The notes beneath the pieces are model-generated. The model was not told the DNA's origin and searched no databases. It saw nothing but the letters and a program-made list of their open reading frames with translations. This document shows, piece after piece, positions 1 through 11,505 of a stretch of 52,279 nucleotides of DNA. How positions within the stretch are numbered: position 1 is the stretch's first letter; every line of letters starts with the position of its first letter. This DNA comes from Octopus bimaculoides (taxonomy: Eukaryota), in NCBI RefSeq assembly GCF_001194135.2, contig NC_068989.1, positions 16,621,803 through 16,674,081 of the forward strand, written 5' to 3'. Made by a program: the position numbers and the translations under genes.

Positions 1-210
1 CTAAAAAAGTAATTAAAAGATCAGTTTACGTTTTTAATTATCACTCCATTATTTCTCATTCCATTTTCGAAATAAATCTAAATTAGCTTTCCGTATATTT
101 ATTCGATTATTGCACTTTTAATACAGTTTCTAATTTAGACACAAGGTTAGCAACTTTTGAGAGTCGGTTGTTAGTTAATTACATTCTCCATTACTTGAAT
201 GGCACTCAAA

Positions 211-338
211 TTTATTGATCCTGGAAGAGTGGAAAGGAAAGCTGATCTCGGAGGGATTTGAACTCAGAACGTAAAGAACCGGAACAAATACCACATGTTA
301 TTTTTCTGATGCTTTAATGATTTTACCAGTTTTCACCC
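211..338 (-). mobile_element. Degenerate copy of SINE family B (head AAGGCGGCGAGCTGGCAG...)
   Basis: Reverse complement matches better copies at 9391 and 45889 (GATTTGAACTCAGAACGTAAAG, TCGACC..GAAAGGATGAAAGG-like motifs). Confidence 0.6.
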
Positions 339-751
339 TCGTTACATTCTCCTTATAAAAAGGTCACCTGCCGGTTAGTTTACAATAGTTTAAATAATAA
401 CTGCTAAATCTTAAGATTGAAAGAAGATACATGTAGGGAGGGAGTGGGTGAAAAAGTGGCGAGAACAAGAGGAGAGAGGTAAGAGATAAAAGCGCCTTTA
501 AGTTTGTGACCGTTTGAGAAAGGATGACTGCGATTGGCTATGAGCTACATAAAGCAGGCGCCAATTTCTTTGCTCCCTCTCTCTCTCTTTCTCTGGATAT
601 TAGTTGCCGATTTGAAATCTTTTTTATGATGTTTATTAGTCAAATAAATATAAAATTGATGTTTTGTTAAAGTAGATGTAATTTTTACTTTCTGTCTGGA
701 ATTAAAAATAAATTAATATACTTTAGGGTGAGTTAATTTTGTGACACTTTG

Positions 752-830
752 GGCAAATGTCTTCCAACTGAAGCTCTTGGCCGACCAAATCCATGTGAGT
801 GGATTTGTACAGGGTGGTCCGAAAGTCTAG
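752..830 (+). mobile_element. CORE-like SINE fragment interrupted at TA by a Tc1/mariner-like terminus (TA|CAGGGTGGTCCGAAAGT at 810)
   Basis: GGCCGACCAAATCCATGTGAGTGGATTTG matches the family at 6534/39861; the sequence then switches to a Tc1/mariner-type TIR start. No partner TIR was found. Confidence 0.4.
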
Positions 831-1028
831 TCACCTCCTGTAAATATTGTTTTAATTTTCTATTATCAAGAAGAGGGTTTCGCAAGAGCGATACTAGAAT
901 ACCCAACAGTACAAGGATGCTGTTTCGGTAGCCTTTGCAATAATCACCAAGGCAAAGCTTTGTAAAATATCATACAGGACATGGCACCACCTCATTTTGT
1001 GCCACGAAAATCATGGTGTTCATACAGA

Positions 1029-1495
1029 CAGCGCTGGATTAACCATTAAACAAAATAAGCATGTGCTTAGAGCATCAAGGGAAGTGGGGGGGGGGGAATG
1101 AAAAATGGTTTACGGTACAAAAAAAATCGCTTTAAACTTGCTAAAATAATATTCGTGGTGCCTTATCTCTACTAAGTATAGAAGCAGATGTGTTATGTGA
1201 GATTAATTTTCAGGAGCTGATCTAAGACTGCAATTAAAAAAAAAAGTGGGAGAAAACTTTTCAAATATAAGTGAAGTGGAAGTATACAAAAATAAACATT
1301 ATTTTCCATCTTACTATTAGTTTTGATTTATTTTGAAAGATAAAAATTTATACAGATCTTTTCAATCTCAGTCAGAGATTGAAAAGATCCATTTATACTA
1401 TGTTTTATTATCGTTTATATTTTTAATTCCATATACATGGAGGCACCAAAATCTTTTTAGTGCATAAGGCCTCTATGGGTCTTAACCCGGCTCTG
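1029..1495. mobile_element. Non-autonomous hAT (Tip100-like) MITE, 467 bp
   Basis: Imperfect TIRs CAGCGCTGGATTAA / TTAACCCGGCTCTG flanked by a perfect 8-bp TSD CATACAGA (1021-1028, 1496-1503). Confidence 0.85.
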
Positions 1496-1807
1496 CATAC
1501 AGACCCTCACGACGTGTGATAGTGTCAGTGTCAATGGAGGTGAATATACTAAAACCAATAGATGTGTTTGATATTATTATATTGTTGCTCTATTGTTCTT
1601 ATTACTTTTCGGTAGTGGGTGACAAGACTTTCGGACCACCCTATAGACAGAAACTGAAACTGGAGTTGCTTCGTTCGACTAAAAGCTTTACAGAACATAT
1701 AGAGTAAGTGTCTTTACTTTAGGCTTGAATCGCCTGATGCTGTGTTAGTGAAATTGGGTAAACCTATACCTGCAATTTCAAAGATTTATCGTTCGAGTCT
1801 CACTGTC

Positions 1808-1983
1808 ATGCTTGACAACCGATGCTGGTGTGTTTACGTCCCCGTAACTTAGCGGTTCGGCAAAAGAGACCGATAGAATAAGCACTAGGCTTACAAAGAA
1901 TAAGTCCTGGGGTCGATTTGTCCGACTAAATGCGGTGCTCCAGCATGGCCACAGTGAAATGACTGAAACAAGTAAAAGAGTAA
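1808..1983 (+). mobile_element. 3' half of a CORE-like SINE (family D)
   Basis: CTTGACAACCGATGCTGGTGTGTTTACGTCCCCGTAACTTAGCGGTTCGGCAAAAGAGACCGATAG...ACTGAAACAAGTAAAAGAG; homologous to the 3' parts of the copies at 39861 (-), 42336 and 50270. Confidence 0.75.
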
Positions 1984-2449
1984 CTGACCCATTATTTTGT
2001 TGGTTTTACATCCATTACACCCCTTTTTGGCCACCCCATTACCGTTCCCTTCTGGTCACCCTTTGTCGCCACACTTTTTTTTCCAACGTCCCCAATGATA
2101 AACAGTCAAACTTACAAGATACTGGAAGAGGGAATTAGTGACAGTGATACTAATCAGAATCAGCTGGTTCGAATAGTGAACCATTGCTAATATCTATGGA
2201 ACTGACAATCACAGATGCCACCGAAAGATTTAATATGACATTACACTATCTAGATGTTCATCCAACATCACTAATCACATACTCAAAGAAGAGTGTCCTG
2301 TTGTGGTTTTCGGTTTTTATCGTAGTGTTCGAAAAAAATCACTCAAATAATCTGGACTACCGAAATATGAAACAAACATTATATTTTCAATTTTAAATGC
2401 TTACATCCCCGTCAACCAGTCTCGAAGATCCAGTAAAGAGTGATGGACA

Positions 2450-3010
2450 CTTTGGGAACTTCTGGTTTAAAATTTCATAATTCATCTCACTACTAATCTA
2501 TGAATACATAAATTGAATTTTCGTGCCATTTGAGTAAGTGTATGTTCATAGTTTAGCATTCTTTCCATGGGAATTTATATTCAAGCATATTAGTTCATTT
2601 TCTGAAGTAAATCCTTCTAAATGGTGACTGCTCTATTTACTGCTTTGTAAAATAAAGATTTGTGATTTCCATTACATCCATTTTGTGCATTCGTATTTTC
2701 TATCTCTCTAAGACGTTAGATCTTGGTATATATCGAGGAGAATTTCAGATGGAAGTCTACATTATTTTCGTGCAAGTATTTCAATTAAAATTGGCAATTA
2801 TCATTCGAGGGAGAATTTTTGCTTATTATTTTAGGCTATGTGGCCTCTACTCCATCGATTGTCCCATTAATAAACTCTTTCCATGCGGAGTTATATGCAA
2901 AAGTCCTGTTACTATCAGTGTTATGATGCTTGAGTTCGAACTCATTATAAATGAAATCAGGGATTTGAAATACCCAAGATATCAGTATTTTTTGTCTTTT
3001 GTTACATATA
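2450..3010 (-). pseudogene. Possible highly decayed LTR-retrotransposon (Gypsy-like) integrase C-terminus
   Basis: Minus-strand translation contains TFAYNSAWKE (resembles the integrase FAYNSA.H motif) and, after stops and frameshifts, KL*...ISSEMNYEIL (GPY/F-region-like). Motif resemblance only. Confidence 0.3.
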
Positions 3011-3012
3011 TA

Positions 3013-3583
3013 NNNNNNNNNNNNNNNNNNNNNNNNNNNNNNNNNNNNNNNNNNNNNNNNNNNNNNNNNNNNNNNNNNNNNNNNNNNNNNNNNNNNNNNN
3101 NNNNNNNNNNNNNNNNNNNNNNNNNNNNNNNNNNNNNNNNNNNNNNNNNNNNNNNNNNNNNNNNNNNNNNNNNNNNNNNNNNNNNNNNNNNNNNNNNNNN
3201 NNNNNNNNNNNNNNNNNNNNNNNNNNNNNNNNNNNNNNNNNNNNNNNNNNNNNNNNNNNNNNNNNNNNNNNNNNNNNNNNNNNNNNNNNNNNNNNNNNNN
3301 NNNNNNNNNNNNNNNNNNNNNNNNNNNNNNNNNNNNNNNNNNNNNNNNNNNNNNNNNNNNNNNNNNNNNNNNNNNNNNNNNNNNNNNNNNNNNNNNNNNN
3401 NNNNNNNNNNNNNNNNNNNNNNNNNNNNNNNNNNNNNNNNNNNNNNNNNNNNNNNNNNNNNNNNNNNNNNNNNNNNNNNNNNNNNNNNNNNNNNNNNNNN
3501 NNNNNNNNNNNNNNNNNNNNNNNNNNNNNNNNNNNNNNNNNNNNNNNNNNNNNNNNNNNNNNNNNNNNNNNNNNNNNNNNNNN
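3013..3583. other. Assembly gap (N). Other gaps: 4123-4132, 6258-6533, 16108-16480, 19005-19760, 21155-21164, 22084-22336, 33934-33966, 37457-37466, 49312-49490
   Basis: Runs of N, most abutting (AT)n microsatellites, typical of a short-read scaffold. Confidence 0.99.
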
Positions 3584-4132
3584 AGATATGCATGTATACA
3601 CACGTGCGCGTATGTGTATACCTATATAAAGTACAGCTGTCATTCGGAATTGAGGACGAGTTGGCTGCATGTAGCGCACTAATTGTTTGTAGAGCGTATA
3701 TAATCGTTAGTATCAGCTGGTCTTGATTTCATAAAAAAAAAAACTGGAGCAACATAAAGGAAATGTTTTGCTTAAAGCACACAACGTACAACGAAGTTCA
3801 GAAATCGAAACTATGAGCAAATTTTCGTGAACCCGACATCTTAAAATTTAGCTACAGACCTTCGCGCGCGCACACACACACATATTTGTGTATGCTGTCC
3901 TCTGAGTGTGTGTATGTGTGTGGTGTGTGTAAACATATATATGTGTATATATATATATATATATAATATTAGGGACAAAATTACAGGTAAAAACTCAATT
4001 AAAATCAATTTATAAAAAATTAAAATTAAATTGAGCTTTATAGATTAAAATATATATAAAATATATAGTTTTAGGGAAAATAGCCAAGTTTCAAGAACTC
4101 ATCGATGAAAATCCACTATCACNNNNNNNNNN

Positions 4133-4175
<43 letters not shown>

Positions 4176-4973
4176 TAAGCACATACATACATACCCTATA
4201 GAAAACTCAGCTCCAAAAAAGCCTTATGATAGCAAAGGAGAATGGGCACCGGCCAGCCCAAAGGTTGGGGTGGGCCACACCTGCCTACCTATGCTGCTGT
4301 GGCATTGAGGTAGAACCGGCCACCTCTGTTAACGGGGACAAAACCCAGATTCAAAACACTGATGATGATGATGAATGGCCAGGTAACCTTGTACTTCCTC
4401 TACAGCAAGACACCTGTTTCTTGTCTACCTGTCTCACTATAATTTTTCGTCATCCAGGATTCACCTGAGTAAAATAGTAATCAAAGGAGTTCATAGGTAA
4501 AAGATGGTTGAGAACCACTGCTCTAAAGCCATCTAAGTATACAAGTCGACCTACCTTTATTTGGTTGTAAATTTTGGTTTGAAAAATTTGACTTGTATAC
4601 TAGAAAATACAGTAAATATGGCATTTTCACATGTAGATTAATCCTCATCATCATTTTGAATCCATTTTTTTCTTACTTGGGTTGGATGAATGAATGTTCT
4701 TCAGCACCATGTCTCATCACATGTTACAGACCCTCACCATTTACTTCATGAGAATGACCTGCACTACTTCTTCCTGCATCTTCTACAGGCTCTTATCACC
4801 TACATGTTGAGCCAGTGTAGCAAAGTAGGCTCATCAAACCAGTACGATCTCAAGCTCAAATTCACGGCCTCCACATCGAACCGTGGTTGGTGGAGAGAAC
4901 ATGCTGTGACCTTTGTCCTGCAGTGGACTGAAAATAGGCAATCCAATCCAATTCATGTTTACTATATTCTAGT

Positions 4974-5432
4974 GGAGTCGCAATGGCCAGTGGTTAGAGC
5001 AGCGGACTCGCGGTCATATGATCGCGGTTTCGATTCCTAGACCGGGCGTTGTGAGTGTTTATTGAGCGAAAACACCTAAAAGCTCCACGAGGCTCCGGCA
5101 GGGGATGGTGGCGAACCCTGCTGTACTCTTTCACCACAACTTTCTCTCACTCTTACTTCCTGTTTCTGTTGTGCTTGTAATTCAAAGGCTCAGGCTTGTC
5201 ACACACTGTCACGCTGAATATCCCCGAGAACTACGTTAAGGGTACACGTGTCTGTGGAGTGCTCAGCCTTGTCACACTGTGTCACGCTGAATATCCCCGA
5301 GAACTACGTCAATGGTATACGTGTCTGTGGAGTGCTTAGCCACTTGCACGTTAATTTCACGAGCAGGCTGTTCCGTTGATCGGATCAACTGGAACCCTTG
5401 ACGTCGTAAGCGATGGAGTGCCAACAACAACA
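4974..5432 (+). mobile_element. Full-length tRNA-derived SINE, family A, with (AAC)n tail
   Basis: tRNA-like head with A/B-box-like motifs (TGGCCAGTGGTTAG...GGTTTCGATTCC), tail CCAACAACAACAA, 10-bp TSD ATATTCTAGT (4964-4973, 5433-5442); homologous to the copies at 34926 and 51213. Confidence 0.92.
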
Positions 5433-6533
5433 ATATTCTAGTATTTAAAGCTCATTATTTTGTTTCCAGATTTAAATCTTTCAAAAATGTTGTCTATTTA
5501 CATTTGAGGTGTTTTTGTGTATATTAGTATTATCTCTCCGGTTGTACTTCTTGCTTTTGTCTCTCTCTATTTTATACATTTACACTCTGTAACAACACCT
5601 CCCTCTCTCCTTCTCCCCTTTCGCGATCGTTTGACCAGTTACAAATAATTATCAAATTTCACCCAAATGTTTTTCATGAAACTGAACAAACGCAATGGTT
5701 AATTTAGCTCTAACTACACTTATTTAACTCAAATAAATAAACATTATGGTCACAGCTTGAACATCTTTTCCGATCAATGTTGAATATTTAGAACCAAACA
5801 ATTCAATTTATATTCTGCTTTGTTTACCGCTGTTGCAAAAAGAAAATATTGACATGAAAATGTGTTGCTAACGAATACGAAAACCAAGTTTTTGCTAATA
5901 TACTGCTAACAGCCGATAGTTACGAAGATTTTTTTTTGTTTTTTTTGACGTTAATAAGTGAATTGTGTCAGCATGGATTGATTGGAAAATATTTCTTCAA
6001 TGAAATAGCAGCCAAATCTCCTTCGTATTACAACCAACCACCTGAAGAGGAATTGTCGACATAGTGTCCAACTGGTTCCAGTGCATGACGTGTATTTGTG
6101 TTATCTATCTCGGAGAATTAAGTCGATCTTGGTTGTTTTTGAATGACTCGTAAGAGACAACAGAGAATTGGTCGCGATGCATGGCCTGGAAACAAATCTT
6201 CAAACTGTTACATAATTAATAAATCCACCATGACCGTTATTGTTTATTCTTTTATTCNNNNNNNNNNNNNNNNNNNNNNNNNNNNNNNNNNNNNNNNNNN
6301 NNNNNNNNNNNNNNNNNNNNNNNNNNNNNNNNNNNNNNNNNNNNNNNNNNNNNNNNNNNNNNNNNNNNNNNNNNNNNNNNNNNNNNNNNNNNNNNNNNNN
6401 NNNNNNNNNNNNNNNNNNNNNNNNNNNNNNNNNNNNNNNNNNNNNNNNNNNNNNNNNNNNNNNNNNNNNNNNNNNNNNNNNNNNNNNNNNNNNNNNNNNN
6501 NNNNNNNNNNNNNNNNNNNNNNNNNNNNNNNNN

Positions 6534-6694
6534 ATATATACGACGGGCTTCTTTCAGTTTCCGTCTACCAAATCCACTTACAAGGCTTTGGTCAGCCCGA
6601 GGCTATAGTAATAGACACTTGCCCAAGATGCCACATAGTGAGATTGAACTCAGAAGCATGTGGTTGGGAAGCAAGCTTCTTACCACACAGCCAC
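6534..6694 (-). mobile_element. CORE-like tRNA-SINE (family D), 5' half; the remainder lies in the gap
   Basis: Reverse complement reads GTGGCTGTGTGGTAAGAAGCTTGCTTCCCAACCACATG...GGCATCTTGGGCAAGTGTCTATTAC; CTTGGGCAAGT resembles the MIR/CORE domain. Confidence 0.85.
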
Positions 6695-6699
6695 GTCAA

Positions 6700-9190
6700 C
6701 TAAAAGACAGGAGACCGGAGGGCATCCACAAAATAAGTGAGATGTCCAAACTGATAGACCCACCGCCGGAAACCGACGAGGAAAGGAAGAAAAACAAGGA
6801 GGAGAGTAGTTCTATAACATTAAGAACAATCCCTCCTTCGCCTGTTAAAAACAGGCAAGTACCTGATCCCCGTTTTGTGTATAGATGACTGTACCTGAGT
6901 TCGAAGTAGAAGCAAGCTTGTTTTTGCGACGACCTCAGGTCACATAGCATAGATGTGATTGTTGCTACAGAGACCAAGCTGGACAGACTACAAACCTTCT
7001 CGGTTCTCCTGAATGGCTATGACAAAATCATATCTCCTAACTAGACCGGAGGTCGAGGAGGGGTAGTAGTTTTGCTCTCAAAAGCTTTGCTCTGCAGACA
7101 AGTACAATCTTTGTAGACCCAGAAGGTGGACTGGTCGTTCTGGAGTAAAGGTGACAGGTCGTTCAGGTCTTATATAACTAGAATAATAGTTCGTACTAGA
7201 GATAAGTCTAGTTTTAGTTGTCCACAGCCTGTTCTGGTCTCCTACACGGATCGCAGGCTAGTGACGTGTAGGATGAACATAGAGTACATAGACAGGGATC
7301 TGGCTGCTGGAAGCTAAACAAGACTATTTTCTGTTGTGAGGCATACCGTAGTCAGATTAAGGAGTTAGTCATAAGGGCATTAACCGGTACCGTGTTAAAT
7401 AACAGGTGGTGGTTTACCCTCAAACGAGCCATTCGACTTGAGTCGATTAGATTTAGCAAACAGTTAAGTCTAGAACAGGCTAGAGCAGAAGGGAAACTAG
7501 TCAAGGATATAGAAGAGGCGTTAAGGATGGGCTCTGCATCCCAAGTTTTGACAGCGAGATCGGCTTTGGACCGACACCTCAAAGCCAAGCACGAGGGATG
7601 CAGAGTTCGAGCTAAAATATGTGCACTGCGCTGCGAGGAAATTACCGTTGCAATGATGCCACAATTGGGTCTTTGGCCGATGGATAGGAGCGTTTGATCG
7701 AAGGACAAGATGAGATGTGTAAGGTCCTTTACAAGCACTTTGCCGAGTTCGGGAGGAGTGAGGCGCTGGATCATGGTGAGCCCCTTCGGGACTTCCTGGC
7801 TGGTGGCCCGCGTCTCTCGGCACGCGAGGTTGAGTGCTGTGAAGGATCGATCACGGCTAAGGTCATGAAGGTACTATCCGAATGCACGGGGGACAAGTCG
7901 CCGGGACTTGATGGTCTACTCTACTAGTTTTTCAAAAGTATGCCAGATTTGTTCGGGCACCTACTGGCCAGCGTCTATACCAACTGTCATCAGAAAGGGA
8001 GAATTCCAAAGGCTGCGAGTCGGGGTGGAGTGACGCTGATCAGAAAGAACCCAAGCAAGGGGGACATTATTAGTAATTTTAGGCCCATAACTCTGTTAAA
8101 CACATAGGTAAAGAATTTGGCCAAGATGCTAGCAAAGAGAGAGGCGCGGGTCGTAGGCAGCCTTGTTGGGGAAGCGCTAACATGTGTCATCCCTGGCAGG
8201 ACGATATACGACAATCTCCACCTCATACGCTACACATTAGAGCGAGTGGGTAAAATTTCTGGCAAAGGCGGGGAACGGGTACATTTAGACCAGTCTAAAG
8301 CGTTCGATAGGGTTGACCATCGGTACCTGGCGGCGGTTCTCGGGGCAGCCGGGCTGGGCCTGACTTTACAGCAACATCGTGTCTGTCGTTCGGGTGAACG
8401 ATTTCTTTTTGAAACTGTTCGACATTACGCGCCCTGTTCGCCAAAGATGTCCCCTGACTCTGCTTTTGTATGTGTTGGCTCTTGAGCCACGGCTGTGAAG
8501 AATGGAGGCTTTAGCGGGTATCTCGCGTGATCTGAGTTGTGGAGGAACTGCGACCGCGTATGCGGATGACATGACCATCATTGTGTCGGATGAAGGGCAG
8601 CTACCTTATGTAAAAAACACCATCAGATGATATGAAGCGGTGGCAGGAGCAAAAATTAACCAGGATAAGTCAGTCGGCTTGCAACTCGGCACCTGAGGGG
8701 CAAGTCGATGCCGTCCAATAACGTCGTGAGACGTTGGACGGAAGGTCCAGTTAAGATGCTAGGTGTCTAGTTTGGTCCGGACCTCCAGGTAGAGAAGAAT
8801 TGGAGTGAGGTCATATGGAAGGTGACTGTTCTAACCCGGATTTGGTTTGGAAGGACGTTATCGCTGCTAGGGATAGCGGTGGTGACGCAGATGTACATAG
8901 CATCTGTTACCACCTGCCACCTGACCGTCTTGCCTTGCCTCGATTCGTGGCTGAGCAAATTAGAGCGACTCCTTTCCGCTTTTTGTGGAAGGGAGCACCA
9001 CTTGTAAGGCACTCTATCTGCTGTCAAAAGCCGTTAAAGGGTGGACTAGGGATGCCGTGGCTGAAGATGCGCAAGTTTGCGCTAAGGCTTAGACATCTCT
9101 GACTTTACTTGGATGGTGAGCAGATGTGGTCACCGCTCATGACATTTTTCTTACCGCAACTGACCTCTCTCCGGGAGTTAGGTCCTAGGG
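6700..9190 (+). mobile_element. Decayed L1-clade (Tx1-like) non-LTR retrotransposon: ORF1 end plus ORF2 (APE endonuclease and reverse transcriptase), 3'-truncated
   Basis: EN motif IDVIVATETKL; RT motifs NFRPITLLN, PGRTIYDN, LDQSKAFDRVDH, YADD (8559-8570), KINQDKS; C-terminal GGLGMP. Multiple stops and frameshifts. Confidence 0.92.
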
Positions 9191-9214
9191 TGACTGGCAG
9201 CTACTCACACTACT

Positions 9215-9362
9215 CTCCCGGCACCCACACTACTCTTTATCGACCTCAAAAATGTGAAAGGCTAAGTCGACCTCGGCCAAATTTGATCCCAGACGGACGA
9301 AATGCGGCTAAGCATTTTGCCCGGAGTGCCGCGTGTTAACGGTTCTGCTAGCTTGCTGCCTT
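9215..9362 (-). mobile_element. SINE family B copy, head-to-head with the copy at 9391
   Basis: Reverse complement begins AAGGCAGCAAGCTAGCAGAACCGTTAAC and carries the GTCGACTTAGCCTTTCAC core. Confidence 0.75.
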
Positions 9363-9390
9363 GCAATATTTGTAATTTTGTAATGAGTTT

Positions 9391-9825
9391 AAGGCGGCAA
9401 GATGGCAGAAACGTTAGCACGCCGGGCGAAATGCTTAGCAGTATTTCGTCTGATGCTACGTTCTGAGTTTAAATTCCGCCGAGGTCGACTTTGCCTTTCA
9501 TCCTTTTGGGGTCGATTAAATAAGTACCAGTTACGCACTGGGTTCGATGTAATCGACTTAATCCGTTTGTCTGTCCTTGTTTGTCCCCTCTGTGTGTAGC
9601 CCATTGTGGGCAGTAAAGAAATAAGAAACGTTAGCACGCCAGGCGAAATGCTTAGCGGTATTTCTTCTGTCTTTACGTACTGAGCGCAAATTCCGCCGAG
9701 GTCGACTTTGCCTTTCATCCTTTCGGGGTCGATAATTTAAGTACCAGTTGCGTACTGGGGTCGATCTAATCTACTGGGCCCCCTCCCCTAAAATTTCGGG
9801 CCTTGTGCCTAGAGTAGGAAAGAAT
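9391..9825 (+). mobile_element. Tandem dimer of SINE family B (9391-9627 and 9624-9825) with two different 3' tails
   Basis: AGAAACGTTAGCACGCC(G/A)GGCGAAATGCTTAGC...GTCGACTTTGCCTTTCATCCTT occurs twice; tail 1 ends AGTAAAGAAATAAGAA, tail 2 ends GCCTAGAGTAGGAAAGAAT. Confidence 0.9.
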
Positions 9826-9859
9826 TTTGCAATGAGTTTTGGTTCGAAGGCAGGACTTC

Positions 9860-10330
9860 AGTATAACGACTATATTACCTGCCGTTTATTGTTTCGCCAG
9901 AATTCAAGAAATAGTAGATAATTCCACTTGTCGACCAACAAACAGCGGCCGTAACATACATTTGATGTACTTTCGGTTTGGGAAAGGGTTTTGGTGTTAA
10001 GCCTCAGTTCACTTTACTGCTCGGAACGTCGTCGTTTGTCGTACAGAATCCATTTTCAGTCAAAAGCTACCAAAAAAAAAAAAAAAAAATGAATCATTTG
10101 GGTTGATCCAAAGAAGCTGAGAGCAGATTGCTTAAAGGCGATTTCTTTTCGTTTGGCTCCTACGGCAGCTATTTGACGAACTTGCTTGATCTTCTAAAAT
10201 CAAACAACTGCTGAATTGTTAACTATTAATTCTTCCGTAACTTTTCGGGTTATTCTGTGTGGAAACACTCTAATAATGACTCTCTTACACACTGGCAAAA
10301 TGCTTCCCTTCACCGTCTCTCTTTCCCTTC
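9860..10330 (-). pseudogene. Mariner (Hsmar1/cecropia-like) transposase fragment, central region
   Basis: Minus-strand translation: TRKVTEELIVNNSAVV...; D*KWILYDKRRRSEQ...PKPKVHQ...WSTSGIIYYFLNSGETI, matching mariner CDEKWILYDNRRRS / PKPKLH / GIIHYSFLNPGETI motifs. Confidence 0.85.
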
Positions 10331-10977
10331 GTGTTAGCTTGATCTGCTAGAAATAACCGTCAAATCCCATCCTATTGTTTTTTTCTTAATCTTGAAGACT
10401 ATCGTCTCAACATTTTTGGAACCAATGTTGAGCTGCGTTTGTTGACAGGTCCTAGGCCAAATGCTTGGGTGATATTGCAGTACGTATTTGTTTAAAGGTG
10501 AATATTTTTTAAAAGTACCTTTTTCTTTTTGTAACCCCACTCGCCAGTTTTTATAATTTGAATATCATTCAGTCTGCATTTGCCCGGCTCCGTCATTCAC
10601 TTGACAACCTAAAATAAACAAGAATAAACGGTGAAAAACTATCAGAGTTAATCCACAGATTAAAATCTATACGCTTCACAGTGGGATGTTACGTGAAAAT
10701 AACTACATAAAAGCATCAACGTTTAAAATAAAAAAATATATTAAATTAATTACAATTATTTTAGCATCAAGCTAATATATATGCGTGTCTGTATCTTTTG
10801 CTGATGTGCACCGACGAGAAAATCGAAAAACTCGTGTATTACGAAGTTCCTAGAGAGATTTGTTCTGTGTCAAGTAAGCTACTCCATTGTCACTCGCCGT
10901 CAGAGCTGCAGTAAGGCTGTGATCGGTTCGTTGGAAACTTGTTGCAATTGTTTAAAAATTACTATCAAAAATATAGT

Positions 10978-11269
10978 GGAGGCACATGGCTCAGTGGTTA
11001 GAGCAGCGGTCGAGGAATCGTGGGTTCGAATCTCAGACCGGGCGATATATGTGTGCTTATGAGCGAAACACCTGAGCTCCACACGGCTCCGGCAGAAGGT
11101 AATGGCGAACTTCTGCTGACTCTTTCACCACAACTTTCTCACATTCTTTCCTCCTGCATCTAGCAGCTCACCTGTGACGGACCGGCGTTCCGTCCAGGTG
11201 GGGAACCTATACGCCAATGAAACCGAGAAACCGGCCCTTGTGTGCCAGGCATGGCTCGAGAAAGAACAA
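10978..11269 (+). mobile_element. tRNA-SINE family A2: family A head and core with a different 3' half
   Basis: GGAGGCACATGGCTCAGTGGTTAGAGC...GGGTTCGAATCTCAGACCGGGCG...CTCTTTCACCACAACTTTCTC is shared with 4974; afterwards the sequence is unrelated (CTCACCTGTGACGGACCGG...AAGAACAA). Confidence 0.85.
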
Positions 11270-11439
11270 GCATATAAAATATAACAAAACAACTCTTAAT
11301 CGATGGTTGCTCATTCATGCAACGAACTTCTTGTTCCTTAACTGCAATACTCTGAAGATGGCTACAAGTGTGGCTGAAAACTAGGTTGACACTGAAAACA
11401 AGGAGCTGACTTTCTAACCAGTACTTGGTGTGACAAAAC

Positions 11440-11505
11440 TATAATTTAATAATTTAGTCTAAATTAATATATATATATATATATATTAATTTAGACTAAA
11501 TTATT

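Noticed and set aside
2662-3726. Long ORFs spanning N-gaps (also 6143, 15987, 18865, 22031, 49238 and others)
   Set aside because: They are open only because N translates as X; the flanks are microsatellite-derived (IYIY, HTHT).
4974-5045. tRNA genes at the heads of SINE families A, A2 and D
   Set aside because: The tRNA-like heads continue directly into SINE bodies with tails and TSDs, and no complete cloverleaf is evident.
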